Shown one piece after another: positions 44,904 through 54,144 of a DNA stretch of 64,000 bases. The position numbers and the translations under genes were made by a program. Numbering within the stretch: position 1 is the first letter of the stretch; each line of letters opens with the position of its first letter. Source of the stretch: Bryobacteraceae bacterium (GTDB taxonomy: Bacteria; Acidobacteriota; Terriglobia; Bryobacterales; Bryobacteraceae); NCBI GenBank assembly GCA_036272235.1, contig DATAZF010000327.1, forward strand, positions 16,862 to 80,861. Direction: 5' to 3'. The notes under the pieces were generated by a model, which was not told the DNA's origin, made no database searches, and saw only the letters and a program-made list of their open reading frames with translations.

Positions 44904-45530
44904 ATGAGTCCTGCCCGGATGAAAGGCCCTGCGCTGCTTGCCCTTTTTGCGGCAGCTGCGTCAGCACAAAATCTACCCTGCTCTTTGAGCGCGGTCGGTG
45001 ACGACGTCCAGGTATTCGCCTGCTCCGGATTGAAAGCCCAAAGCGGCCAAATTCTTGAAATTTTGAACCGGATAGCCGCCGACAAGCTCGATCCGGCTTC
45101 TGTAATTGCGAAGCTGGCCGACTTGCCACGGGGCTCCGGCGCACGCTCGATCACGCTCACCGATACGCAGAAAACGAATCTCTTAACGCTGGCAAAAATG
45201 TACCCAGGTCAGAAAATCGCGATCGTGTATCCTCTAAACGATGCCGCGGCCGCGAAGACAGCGGTGGAGCTGACTTCCATTCTGTCGGAGGGCAAATGGT
45301 TGAACCCCGACGGTTCAGCAGTCGCTCACCCTTCCGAAGTTGCAGCTGAAAAGCCGTTCATCGGCATTGAGGTCTTGCTGAACAGCCATGATCTCGAAGA
45401 TCGGCAGCTTCCAAAAGCGGCGATTCCCCTCACTCTGACTCTTGAAGCGATGGGCTATGCCCGCCACCCCGCCTCTGCGGATGACATTCCACCCGGTACG
45501 ATCCGCCTCAAGGTCGGGACTCCGCCGTAG
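44904..45530 (+). CDS. secreted protein of unknown function
   Basis: Signal MKGPALLALFAAAASAQ. No recognisable motif. The 3' end overlaps the convergent gene by 23 nt. Confidence 0.6.
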   Translation: MSPARMKGPALLALFAAAASAQNLPCSLSAVGDDVQVFACSGLKAQSGQILEILNRIAADKLDPASVIAKLADLPRGSGARSITLTDTQKTNLLTLAKMYPGQKIAIVYPLNDAAAAKTAVELTSILSEGKWLNPDGSAVAHPSEVAAEKPFIGIEVLLNSHDLEDRQLPKAAIPLTLTLEAMGYARHPASADDIPPGTIRLKVGTPP

Positions 45531-45894
45531 ACGGCAGGTTCCGTTCCTTGAGGTAGTACGATCCGGTGATCACGATTCCCAGCCCCAGCACGCCGAGAAC
45601 GACGATGAAAAAGCTTTCTTTGGTGTAGAAGTAAAGACCAAGAATCAGGATCCACATGGGGATCCGCGCCATTAACGTCGTTCGATACAGCACCCGGTTC
45701 CCGTATTTGATGATGTTCATGACGATCACCGCGAGGCCAATCATCAGAATGCCTGAGAAGCGGACAAACGTCCCCGGATAATCGCGCGTCGCGAACGCCA
45801 GCCTGAGGAAAGTATGCGGCGCGAACATCAGTGCAAGGCCGGTAAGCGTGAGATACGAGGCAAGATAGAACAAGCTCCGCCGGGTTTTCGGCAT
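45508..45894 (-). CDS. small integral membrane protein (about 4 TM helices)
   Basis: ATG 45894 is preceded by AAGGAGG with a 5-nt spacer. Hydrophobic segments LFYLASYLTLTGLALMF, ILMIGLAVIVMNII, IPMWILILGLYFY and FFIVVLGVLGLGIVITG. Confidence 0.65.
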   Translation of the reverse strand: MPKTRRSLFYLASYLTLTGLALMFAPHTFLRLAFATRDYPGTFVRFSGILMIGLAVIVMNIIKYGNRVLYRTTLMARIPMWILILGLYFYTKESFFIVVLGVLGLGIVITGSYYLKERNLPSTAESRP

Positions 45895-45925
45895 TATTCC
45901 CTCCTTGAGTTTCGTCCAGTATAGG

Positions 45926-47740
45926 TTAACGGCTCGATAGCCGCCGCAGCAGCAACAGCATCCAGACCGTCCACACACCCAGAAAGATGGCTGTGACCGC
46001 CGCAAACCACGGCGCTGTCTTCCACGAAGGCGGCCCGCCTGCCAGCGTCAGGAACAGAATGGAGGAAGCCCATACCGACGCCACGGCGAGCGCCTTTGCG
46101 CGAAGACCGTCGTCCCTCTCCGGAGGCGTTCCATTCGCGGCCCGCAGGCGCAATTCCCGGCGTTCGAATAGATCGAGCGCGCGCAACATCGCCGAGGGCC
46201 CCGTTTTCATCCAGATGGTCATGTCTGTGAGCATCGAAAGCGCCCCGGCGCGCGAGAAAATTTTCCGGCTGGCCTCATCGATGAGGTATTCTTCCACCAC
46301 TTCACGCAGCGAACGCGCGATGTCGAAGCCCGGCGACAACCGGGTGATCAGGCCGTCTGCCAGAAACGTTCCGCGGATGTACTTGATCATCTCCCGGTCG
46401 ACCAGCACGCCGTAATTGCGTGCCACCGACAGCATATCCAGCATGGCCGCCGTGACGGAGATGCGGAAGCGAACCTCACCGCCGATCGCGGGCTCCTGAT
46501 ACCAGTTGCGGGTCATGGATGTCAGCTCGCGGCGCATGCCTTCCAGATCCGCGCTCGCGGTGGGTGTGCAGATGTTCAGGAACTCCTTGTAAATCTCCTC
46601 GGGGCTGCCCGTCGAGTATGCAAGCGTAAGCTCGATCTGTTTCCGGCGCGCTTCGCGAGTGAGTGTGGCGACGATACCGAAGTCGACGTATCCGACGACA
46701 TTGTTTGGAAGGATCAGCAGGTTTGCAGGATGCAGGTCCGCGTGGAACGCCCCGAACTGGAAGGCGTCGCGCAGAAAGTTCGAGATGATGTTGGCGCTGA
46801 AGACCGCGGGCTCGAATCCTTCGGCCCGTAGTTTTTCGAGCTCGAGCTCGTCGCCGCGATCCACCATCTTCAGGTAGGTCGAAACCGTCGGACCATTCAG
46901 AAACTCCATGGTCAAGACACGGGAACACGAGAGGTCCCAGTAAATTCGCGGGATCCGCTCCGTCGGCGAACCTTCCGCGTTTCGCCCCAGTAAATCGCAA
47001 TACGCCGCCTCACGCCTGTAATCGAGCTCGTCCTTCGTCCAGGTTGACAACTCGCGCACGGGGTCGCGCATGAAGTACATGCTGCGGATGCGAAGCGCGA
47101 ATACGACCCAGATGAACCAGCGCATCAGCAGCACATCGCGGTGGAAGTCGTAATGCACGCCTGGGCGCTGTACTTTGACGGCCGCCTGCCTCCCGTCCTT
47201 CAGTACAGCCTTGTGGACTTGCCCAATCGACGCGGACGCAATCGCCTCGTAGTCGAATCGGTCGTATAACTCTTCGGGCAGCTTGCCGAACTCATGCCGG
47301 AAAACTGTCTCGACTTGTTGGCGGCTGGCGGTCGGAACGCGGTCCAGCAGGCCCAGCAGGGCGTCGCAGTATTCAATCGGCAGGGTATCCACCTGGAGGG
47401 ATAGGATCTGGCCGAATTTAATGAAGCTGCCGCCGACCTTTTCGAAGCCCTCGCGCAAAAGTTCCGGTCCGCCCAGTGGCTGGCCCTTCCAGCGGCGTTT
47501 TGCGAGCCTCCCCAGCTGCACCAGCAGAACTCGCAGGATCTGGAACAGCCGCTGAAAGTAATCGAAAAGAGGGTGCCGGGCGGTCACATTACCGTCACAA
47601 TCGGGCAAGGCTGGCGCAAAACCATTCGGAAAACGTCGTTGTCCCTTCGGTGAATCGCCACCCGCCAGTTCCGCGCGAGGCGAAAAGTCATTTCGATGTC
47701 TGGAAACGCACCCGTGTAACGGGAGGCGGTCCGGTAGCAA
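45926..47740 (-). CDS. ABC1/UbiB-family atypical kinase
   Basis: ASASIGQVHKAVLKDGRQAAVKVQRPG (Lys-containing nucleotide site), HADLHPANLL (catalytic loop) and C-terminal TM helices. The start is uncertain (TTG 47740, GTG 47587). Confidence 0.85.
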   Translation of the reverse strand: MLPDRLPLHGCVSRHRNDFSPRAELAGGDSPKGQRRFPNGFAPALPDCDGNVTARHPLFDYFQRLFQILRVLLVQLGRLAKRRWKGQPLGGPELLREGFEKVGGSFIKFGQILSLQVDTLPIEYCDALLGLLDRVPTASRQQVETVFRHEFGKLPEELYDRFDYEAIASASIGQVHKAVLKDGRQAAVKVQRPGVHYDFHRDVLLMRWFIWVVFALRIRSMYFMRDPVRELSTWTKDELDYRREAAYCDLLGRNAEGSPTERIPRIYWDLSCSRVLTMEFLNGPTVSTYLKMVDRGDELELEKLRAEGFEPAVFSANIISNFLRDAFQFGAFHADLHPANLLILPNNVVGYVDFGIVATLTREARRKQIELTLAYSTGSPEEIYKEFLNICTPTASADLEGMRRELTSMTRNWYQEPAIGGEVRFRISVTAAMLDMLSVARNYGVLVDREMIKYIRGTFLADGLITRLSPGFDIARSLREVVEEYLIDEASRKIFSRAGALSMLTDMTIWMKTGPSAMLRALDLFERRELRLRAANGTPPERDDGLRAKALAVASVWASSILFLTLAGGPPSWKTAPWFAAVTAIFLGVWTVWMLLLLRRLSSR

Positions 47741-47911
47741 ATAGTATAGACGCGAGATCGAGCCGGGAGACTAGTGAAAAAGGATTATGGACAGATTCGA
47801 GGCAGGGCGGCTTATCCTTTAAGCTACCTGTTTTGGACCGGATTGGCTTCTGCGGCGCGAAGCGCAACCGCTGGGTGACCCGGAGAAGTTGACCCGGATA
47901 AGAGCACGGCA

Positions 47912-47927
47912 CGCGGCTATAGCCGCG
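47912..47927. promoter_or_regulatory. perfect 16-bp palindrome CGCGGCTATAGCCGCG in the divergent promoter region
   Basis: Read directly. It lies ~60 nt upstream of the thioredoxin-like gene start and ~170 nt upstream of the UbiB-like ORF start. Confidence 0.3.
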
Positions 47928-47986
47928 CTTACCCGGGTTAAAGTCCGGCCATTGGTAAGCGACGTCGATTGAGGAGGCGGAAACTC

Positions 47987-48538
47987 TTGCAGAACTTAAG
48001 CGAACAACAAAAATTTGGGGAGGCCTTGCCCGACTTCTCTCTGCGCACCCTTGATGGGGAAACGGCCAATATCGGCTGGGTGCTTGGAAAGAAAAAGGGA
48101 GCGGTGATCGTGGTTTGGTCGAGCACCTGTTCCCATTGCATCCGCTATGACAAGTACTTCAACGGTTTCGGCGAACAATACCCCGACATCGGGTTGTTGA
48201 TCGTGTCCTCGCGGAACGGCGAAGAACTGGATGCGGTCCGGCGCGCTGCCGCGCAACGAAAACTGAAATTCCCGATCGTGCATGACCCCGCCAGCATCGT
48301 CGCCGGTGAATGGTTCACGCGGCAGACACCGCGGGCATTTCTGATCGACGCGAACGGCGCACTGCTTTATCGAGGCGCTGTCGATAACTATAAATACAGC
48401 GACGATCCCGAGTACGTTGCCTATCTTGATCCCGCTCTGGCGCAATTTCTGCAGGGCAAGCCTGTCGAGAAACAGGAGACCGCCAGCTACGGTTGCGCGA
48501 TTCAGTCGGTTTACTACACCCTTCCCAAGGCCCTATGA
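47987..48538 (+). CDS. thioredoxin-fold protein (TlpA/redoxin-like, CxxC)
   Basis: AVIVVWSSTCSHCIRYDKYF is a CxxC active site in redoxin context. GAGGAGG lies 9 nt upstream of TTG 47987, and the ORF-track TTG 47969 lies inside the RBS. There is no obvious signal peptide. Confidence 0.8.
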   Translation: MQNLSEQQKFGEALPDFSLRTLDGETANIGWVLGKKKGAVIVVWSSTCSHCIRYDKYFNGFGEQYPDIGLLIVSSRNGEELDAVRRAAAQRKLKFPIVHDPASIVAGEWFTRQTPRAFLIDANGALLYRGAVDNYKYSDDPEYVAYLDPALAQFLQGKPVEKQETASYGCAIQSVYYTLPKAL

Positions 48539-50886
48539 GCGGTAATTCGAATTCCCTTTTCAGTATTCCGTCGTTTATCGAGACCGGTCTGGTCATGATG
48601 CAGTCCGCCATGAAGACTGCGCAGCGGACCCTCGACGACCTCACCGGCCACAATCACGACATTAAAGGCGCACCTGTTGACGGACCAGCCGACGTGGACC
48701 TGGCGGTTGCCGATTTCGCCAACCGGCTGACCCGCGTGGCGCGCTATTCGCCGATGGAACTTTCGCAACTGGGAACAGCCTCGGGCGAAGTATTGTCCGC
48801 CGCGAAAGCCTCTTTCCGGAATCTCAGCATGACCGATCCCCGGAATGTCGCGCTTCCCATGCAGCTGGCGTTATCGTTTGCGACCCTGATGACGGAATCG
48901 GCACTGCGCGGCCTCGTCACGCTTGACGTGGTCGGTCCGGCGCGGCTGCCGCGTTTGGTCTCAGACTTCTTCGAGATGTTCACCGAGACGCCGGTCTTCG
49001 CGGGACTCGAGTACGGCGAACTGATCGATAAATGTGAGAAGCGCCTCGAAACCCATCCTGAGGACTATCGGGTGCGTCTTGAGCTGGCGCGGGTCCTCTC
49101 CAAGTGCGGGCGATACGAAGATGCCGACATTGAATTCAAGAAAATTCCGGCAAGCGCCTCGCAGTATGCTGTTTCCCGGCATGAGGCAGGCGTTGCGCTT
49201 TTTCGGGCTGGCCGTTATCTGCAGGCCTCCCACGCGGAAGTCGATGCGCTGAACGCGGATTCGACAGATCAGCGCTCGCGCAACGTTCTGTTTCTTTCCG
49301 CGGACAAACTCGGGGGATATCCCGCTTTCGTTCCCGAAGCCTTCCGGATGACGATCAAAGCCGGTTTTGCCACACCGACGGTGAAATTCGAAGACATTGC
49401 CGCCAGAATCGGCCTCGACAAAACCAGCGGCGGCCGCGGCAGCGCGATCTTCGATTACGATAACGACGGTTATCTGGATATTCTTATCGGCGCCGCGTAT
49501 GGCGGCACAAACCTTTATCACAATAACGGCGACGGCACTTTCACCGACGTCTCGATCGATTCCGGCCTCGATATCTCCGTCAATACGTTCGGCACGGTAG
49601 CGGGCGATTACGATAACGACGGTTTCACCGATCTTTACCTGACCCGGCAGGGCTTCTATGTTGGGGAAGGGCAACTCTTCCGCAACAACGGCGACGGCAC
49701 CTTCACCGATGTCACCGAGGCGGCGGGCCTGAAGGATGTCTGGGGACCGGCGTTTACCGCCTCCTGGATCGACTACGACAACGACGGTTTCCTCGATCTG
49801 TTCGTCGCCAATAATCTCGGCGGCCTTTTCGAGCGCAAAACGCCAAATCGCCTGTTTCACAACAATGGCGACGGCACGTTTACCGACATCACGGGAAAGG
49901 CCGGCATCGATACAATCTGGCCCACCATCGGCGGCGCCTGGGGCGATTACGACAACGACGGCTTTATGGACCTGTTCCTGAGCAACGGGCTCGGCCGCTC
50001 GCAATTGTTCCACAACAACGGTGACGGCACATTTACCGATGTCAGCGAACGCGCCGGCGTCACCGCCATGGGCTTCGGCAGCCCGGCCTTCTGGTGGGAT
50101 TATGACAACGATGGCTGGATGGATATCGGCCAGTTCATCTGGTCGGACCACGACGATGTGATCCACACGTTGCGCACAGGCGATGGGCCTCCCAACGGCC
50201 AACCGATGCGCGTTTATCGGAACAACCGTGACGGCACGTTCACGCAGGTCAACCGCGAGATTGGATTGACCGGGTGCTGGGGCACCATGAGCGGCAGTTT
50301 CGGCGATTTCAATAACGACGGTTATATGGATCTGGTTCTGGGCAACGGCAGCCCCAAGCTGGACCGGCTCGATCCGCTGGTCCTGCTGGAGAGTGACGGC
50401 AGGAAGTTCCGCAACACTACTTTCGCCGCGGGACTGCCCTTTACCGGCAAGAGCCACGGCGCAAATCTGGGCGACCTGTTCGGCGACGGACGGCTTTCGG
50501 TGATCGTCGCGGCCGGCGGCGCCTATCCGGGCGACTTGCTCACAACCAGTGTCTACTGCCCGACCACGTTGCCCGGCAATTACCTGAATGTTCGGCTGGT
50601 GGGCGTGAAGAGTAACCGGTCGGCCATCGGCGCTCGCGTCGTGCTGAGCGCCGGGGGGCAGAAACAGACCCGCGAAGTAACCGGTGGATCCAATTTCGGC
50701 TGCATGCCGCTGGAGCAGCACTTCGGTCTGGGGACGCTGGACAAGATGGAAGCGTTGGAAGTTCGCTGGCCGAGTGGATTAAAGCAGCGCTTCACGGGAC
50801 TTCCGATCAACAAGACCTGCGAATTCACCGAGGGTTCTCCGGACTGGAAAGACGTCTACGGCAAGAAGGCCCACAAAGACGCCTGA
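48535..50886 (+). CDS. CRTAC1-family protein: TPR-like N-terminus, FG-GAP/VCBS repeats, ASPIC/UnbV C-terminal domain
   Basis: Five repeats of the type (Y/F)(H/R)NNGDGTFTDV...G plus DYDNDG(F/Y/W) calcium-loop motifs. The C-terminus SNRSAIGARVVLSAGGQKQTREVTGGSNFGCMPLEQHFGLG...LEVRWPSG is the ASPIC/UnbV signature. ATG 48535 overlaps the upstream stop (ATGA). Confidence 0.85.
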   Translation: MSGNSNSLFSIPSFIETGLVMMQSAMKTAQRTLDDLTGHNHDIKGAPVDGPADVDLAVADFANRLTRVARYSPMELSQLGTASGEVLSAAKASFRNLSMTDPRNVALPMQLALSFATLMTESALRGLVTLDVVGPARLPRLVSDFFEMFTETPVFAGLEYGELIDKCEKRLETHPEDYRVRLELARVLSKCGRYEDADIEFKKIPASASQYAVSRHEAGVALFRAGRYLQASHAEVDALNADSTDQRSRNVLFLSADKLGGYPAFVPEAFRMTIKAGFATPTVKFEDIAARIGLDKTSGGRGSAIFDYDNDGYLDILIGAAYGGTNLYHNNGDGTFTDVSIDSGLDISVNTFGTVAGDYDNDGFTDLYLTRQGFYVGEGQLFRNNGDGTFTDVTEAAGLKDVWGPAFTASWIDYDNDGFLDLFVANNLGGLFERKTPNRLFHNNGDGTFTDITGKAGIDTIWPTIGGAWGDYDNDGFMDLFLSNGLGRSQLFHNNGDGTFTDVSERAGVTAMGFGSPAFWWDYDNDGWMDIGQFIWSDHDDVIHTLRTGDGPPNGQPMRVYRNNRDGTFTQVNREIGLTGCWGTMSGSFGDFNNDGYMDLVLGNGSPKLDRLDPLVLLESDGRKFRNTTFAAGLPFTGKSHGANLGDLFGDGRLSVIVAAGGAYPGDLLTTSVYCPTTLPGNYLNVRLVGVKSNRSAIGARVVLSAGGQKQTREVTGGSNFGCMPLEQHFGLGTLDKMEALEVRWPSGLKQRFTGLPINKTCEFTEGSPDWKDVYGKKAHKDA

Positions 50887-51082
50887 AACAAGGCATGTAT
50901 TACACCGGCCGATTTCTTTGCAAGCTGCAAAGAACGTCGCATTAGATTGGCAATCCGCCTGGTCTGCCAGGCGAAATTGAAGAGATGACGGCAAAGGGTG
51001 CGGCTCAAGAGTGCCTTCGCTCTGATCCCGCCCGGCCCGCCCTCCGACGATATACTGGCTGGGGAATTGAGAGACGGCAATC

Positions 51083-52504
51083 ATGCGAAAATTCACGAGC
51101 ACACTTTTCAGTTTCGTTCTCGCATCCGTAATCTACACGGTGCAGCAGGTAGCAAAGAAAGCCGGCGCTCCAGGACCGATGGTGGATCCGAAGAATCCTC
51201 CCGCCCCCGGCCCCGAAGGGCTCCCGCCCGCCGGCGCTACCGCCTACCTTTACAGGAAGACCAAAAAAACCATGGAGCGCTTCGGCGACCCGGCGGCTGT
51301 TTTGTTCATCATCGGCGATGAGTATCAGTCGAAGGTCGTGGATCTGTTCTTCGACATTCTCACGCTCAATCCGCGCTACTGGGCGAAGCTTCCCCGCCAT
51401 ATCGCGCAGCAGGGTTCGCTTGCCTATGCGGCGGCCGGCCCGCAACGGGAACTCTATATGCAGCAGGCGAAGAATACCCGCTACATTTTCACTCTGGTCC
51501 GCAATAATCCCGAGAAGCTTGGCATCCCGAAGAACGGCGAATTCGACCTCGCCACATTCATGGGCCGCGCATATGGCGTGGGTGACTTCGAAAATATCTG
51601 GACTGTCGAAGGCCTCGGCCACGTTTATTCGCAGCGAATGTGGCATCTCAAATGGAATATGAGCGAGGATGCGCACGACATCCTGATCGAGGGCCAGGCG
51701 GCCTCCATGCCCGAGAAGTCGCTCACCATGATGCACGCCGGTCTCGGCCTCGCTGTCGCCGAATCGCTGATGAAGCAGTTGACACCCGACAGCCGCATCA
51801 AAGAGGTTGAGCGCGTCCTCAAAGTTTTCATCAAAATATGCAACAACAACTCGCGTCCAGGGTACGTCGGTTGCGCGCTCGAATCCCTCGGTCTCGTGAC
51901 ACGTTGCTTCAACTATCCGATGGTCGATCTGGTGCAAAGCGTTCTGGCTAATCTGGACCCGGTCGCATGGGAGTTCTTCTGGCGCGGCGCCGGCAGGGCG
52001 CTCTATTTTTCGCCCGCCCACATGGCCCAACCTTTATATTCCCCGTGGATTGCGGCGGAACAGGAAGCGCCAAACGCGCGCGCCCATAAGATCCTCAAAG
52101 CGGGTATTTCCTGGCCGACAAACATAGTTAATATGCGGTCACCGGAAATTTTCGAAGATTTAATTCGCCGCCGCGGCCTTGCCGAGGAGAGTGAGGGTAC
52201 GATAGCGCACGGTGTTGCGGCATCGACGACGATGGCGATTGACATCACACCTGACCATCCGGTAGTTAAGTCCTACCTTGAATACACGCCGAGAAGCTCC
52301 GACCCGACAGTGCACCGGTTGTGGGACAAACTTGTTCGGAGTCAGGTATATAACTCAGTTCATCGCTACCAGCCGGTGCTCCGCGCGCACGGCATGATGG
52401 ATCAGGTTTTCCGCCTGCAGGACCTCGAAGCCCTCGTCGACCGGCTCGATCCCCCAGCGCGCAAAACCGAACAAACCTTCGAAGGCGTGCAATCGGGACG
52501 ATAA
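51083..52504 (+). CDS. unknown-function protein, tandem paralogue 1 (possibly DUF1702-like repeat core)
   Basis: 473 aa. N-terminal hydrophobic helix, PKNPPAPGP linker, and a core with spaced motifs VEGLGHVYSQ, MMHAGLGLAVAE, GCALESLGLVTR, WRGAGRALYFSP and HGVAASTTMA. Confidence 0.8.
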   Translation: MRKFTSTLFSFVLASVIYTVQQVAKKAGAPGPMVDPKNPPAPGPEGLPPAGATAYLYRKTKKTMERFGDPAAVLFIIGDEYQSKVVDLFFDILTLNPRYWAKLPRHIAQQGSLAYAAAGPQRELYMQQAKNTRYIFTLVRNNPEKLGIPKNGEFDLATFMGRAYGVGDFENIWTVEGLGHVYSQRMWHLKWNMSEDAHDILIEGQAASMPEKSLTMMHAGLGLAVAESLMKQLTPDSRIKEVERVLKVFIKICNNNSRPGYVGCALESLGLVTRCFNYPMVDLVQSVLANLDPVAWEFFWRGAGRALYFSPAHMAQPLYSPWIAAEQEAPNARAHKILKAGISWPTNIVNMRSPEIFEDLIRRRGLAEESEGTIAHGVAASTTMAIDITPDHPVVKSYLEYTPRSSDPTVHRLWDKLVRSQVYNSVHRYQPVLRAHGMMDQVFRLQDLEALVDRLDPPARKTEQTFEGVQSGR

Positions 52505-52593
52505 CTGTTTCCCTCTTGAGTGGCGCTCAAAATCAGGCTAGACTGATGCCTCAAGGCAATTTAGCTCACGAAAGGTATTTGGAGGGGACAGCT

Positions 52594-54069
52594 ATGCGTG
52601 ATGTTGCAAGTTCTGTAATCAGTTACATGTTGGCGCAGGGACTTTACACGGGGCAGCAGATGGCAAAGATGTCGGGCGTCTCGAAGACCCTGGTCAACCC
52701 CAAGAATCCGCCCGCGCCCGGTCCGAACGGTGAAGACCCACGGACGTTTTCGGGATACCTGTACAAGAAGACCAAACAAACGGTCGAAAAATTCGGCGAC
52801 CCCGCGGCCGTGGTATTTATCGCCGGCGATGAATACCAGAACAAAGCCGTGGATTTCGTTTTCGATCTGCTGACCCCGACGAAGACCCTGAATCCCGGTT
52901 TCTGGTTGAAGTGGAGCGACCATGTCCTGACGCAGGGATTGCTCGCGGCCGACGCCACCATCGGCAAGCAGGAAGCTCTTTACTCGCAGCAGGCGAAGAA
53001 TACCCGCTATATCTTCACCCTGGTCCGCAACAACCCCGAGAAAATCGGTATTCCGAAGACGGGTCCGGTCGACCTTTCGATCTTCATGGATAAGGCGTAC
53101 GGCATCGGCGATTTCGAAAACATCTGGTCGGTGGAAGGTCTCGGGCACGTCTACTCGCAGCGCGTCTGGAAAGACAAGTGGAACTGCAGCGAAGATGCCC
53201 ACGACATCATGATGGAAGGGCAAGCCGGCGATATAAACCTCATGCCGGAGAAGTCGTACACGATGATGCACGCCGGGCTCGGGCTTGCTCTGGCGGAATC
53301 GCTGATGAAGCAGCTGAATCCGGACAGCAGCGTGCGCGAAGTGGAGCGCGTGCTCAAGGTCTTCATCAAACTCTGCAAAAACAATTCGCGGCCGGGGTAT
53401 GTGGGATGCGCGCTCGAGTCGCTCGGCCTTGTCACCCGCTGTTTCAATTTCCCGATGGTGCCGCTGGTGCAGAGCGTCCTTTCCGATCTCGATCCGATTT
53501 CGTGGGAGTTCTTCTATCGCGGCGCCGGCCGGGCGCTCTATTTCTCGCCGGGTCACATGGTGCAGCCGCTCTACTCGCCGTGGATCGCGGCCGAGCAGGA
53601 AGCACCCAATGATCGGGCCTGGAACATCCTGAAAGCCGGCATTGCGTGGCCGAGCAGCATTGTGAATATGCAGGAGCCGGAAATCTACGAAGATCTGATC
53701 CGCCGCCGTGGCGCCGAGGAAGAAAAGCACGGCACGATCAAACACGGCGTTGCCGCCTCCACCACCATGGCTTGCGACATTACTCCGGGTCATCCGCTGG
53801 TCAAGGAATACATCAAGTACGTTCCCAAGAGCAGCGATCCCAAAGTGCGTGAGCTCTGGACGAAACTGGTCCACGAGCCGGCGTACAAAGCGATGCATCG
53901 CTATCAGCCGCTCTTCAAAGCCCACGGCATGCTGGACCAGGTGTTCCGGTTCCAGGATCTCGACGCCCTGGCCGACAAGCTGGAAGCCTCATCGGGCGAG
54001 GAAGATGCCCGCGAAGTGGCGCATCCGGCAGGCAGGACGAGCCGGAAGCATCACGCAACCAAGAACTAA
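52594..54069 (+). CDS. unknown-function protein, tandem paralogue 2
   Basis: ATG 52594 is preceded by GGAGGGG with a 6-nt spacer. It is collinear with paralogue 1 from MR..S..L.....Y..QQ.AK through the C-terminus, and most core residues are identical by eye. Confidence 0.8.
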   Translation: MRDVASSVISYMLAQGLYTGQQMAKMSGVSKTLVNPKNPPAPGPNGEDPRTFSGYLYKKTKQTVEKFGDPAAVVFIAGDEYQNKAVDFVFDLLTPTKTLNPGFWLKWSDHVLTQGLLAADATIGKQEALYSQQAKNTRYIFTLVRNNPEKIGIPKTGPVDLSIFMDKAYGIGDFENIWSVEGLGHVYSQRVWKDKWNCSEDAHDIMMEGQAGDINLMPEKSYTMMHAGLGLALAESLMKQLNPDSSVREVERVLKVFIKLCKNNSRPGYVGCALESLGLVTRCFNFPMVPLVQSVLSDLDPISWEFFYRGAGRALYFSPGHMVQPLYSPWIAAEQEAPNDRAWNILKAGIAWPSSIVNMQEPEIYEDLIRRRGAEEEKHGTIKHGVAASTTMACDITPGHPLVKEYIKYVPKSSDPKVRELWTKLVHEPAYKAMHRYQPLFKAHGMLDQVFRFQDLDALADKLEASSGEEDAREVAHPAGRTSRKHHATKN

Positions 54070-54092
54070 ACGTCCTCAGTCGGATTCGAATC

Positions 54093-54127
54093 AGCGGCGT
54101 CTGCAATCGCGGACGCCGCTTTTCGTC
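54093..54127 (+). terminator. intrinsic terminator after tandem paralogue 2
   Basis: AGCGGCGTC-tgcaatcgcg-GACGCCGCT (9-bp GC-rich stem) followed by TTTCGTCG. Confidence 0.65.
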
Positions 54128-54144
54128 GTAATGGAGCGCTCTTC

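Noticed and set aside
48961-53925. Long antisense ORFs opposite the CRTAC1 gene (48961-50721) and both tandem paralogues (51005-52030, 52561-53925)
   Set aside because: The sense strands carry repeat or domain signatures, RBSs and coupled stop/start junctions. The antisense ORFs mirror the sense duplication and have Arg/His-rich compositions typical of non-coding frames.
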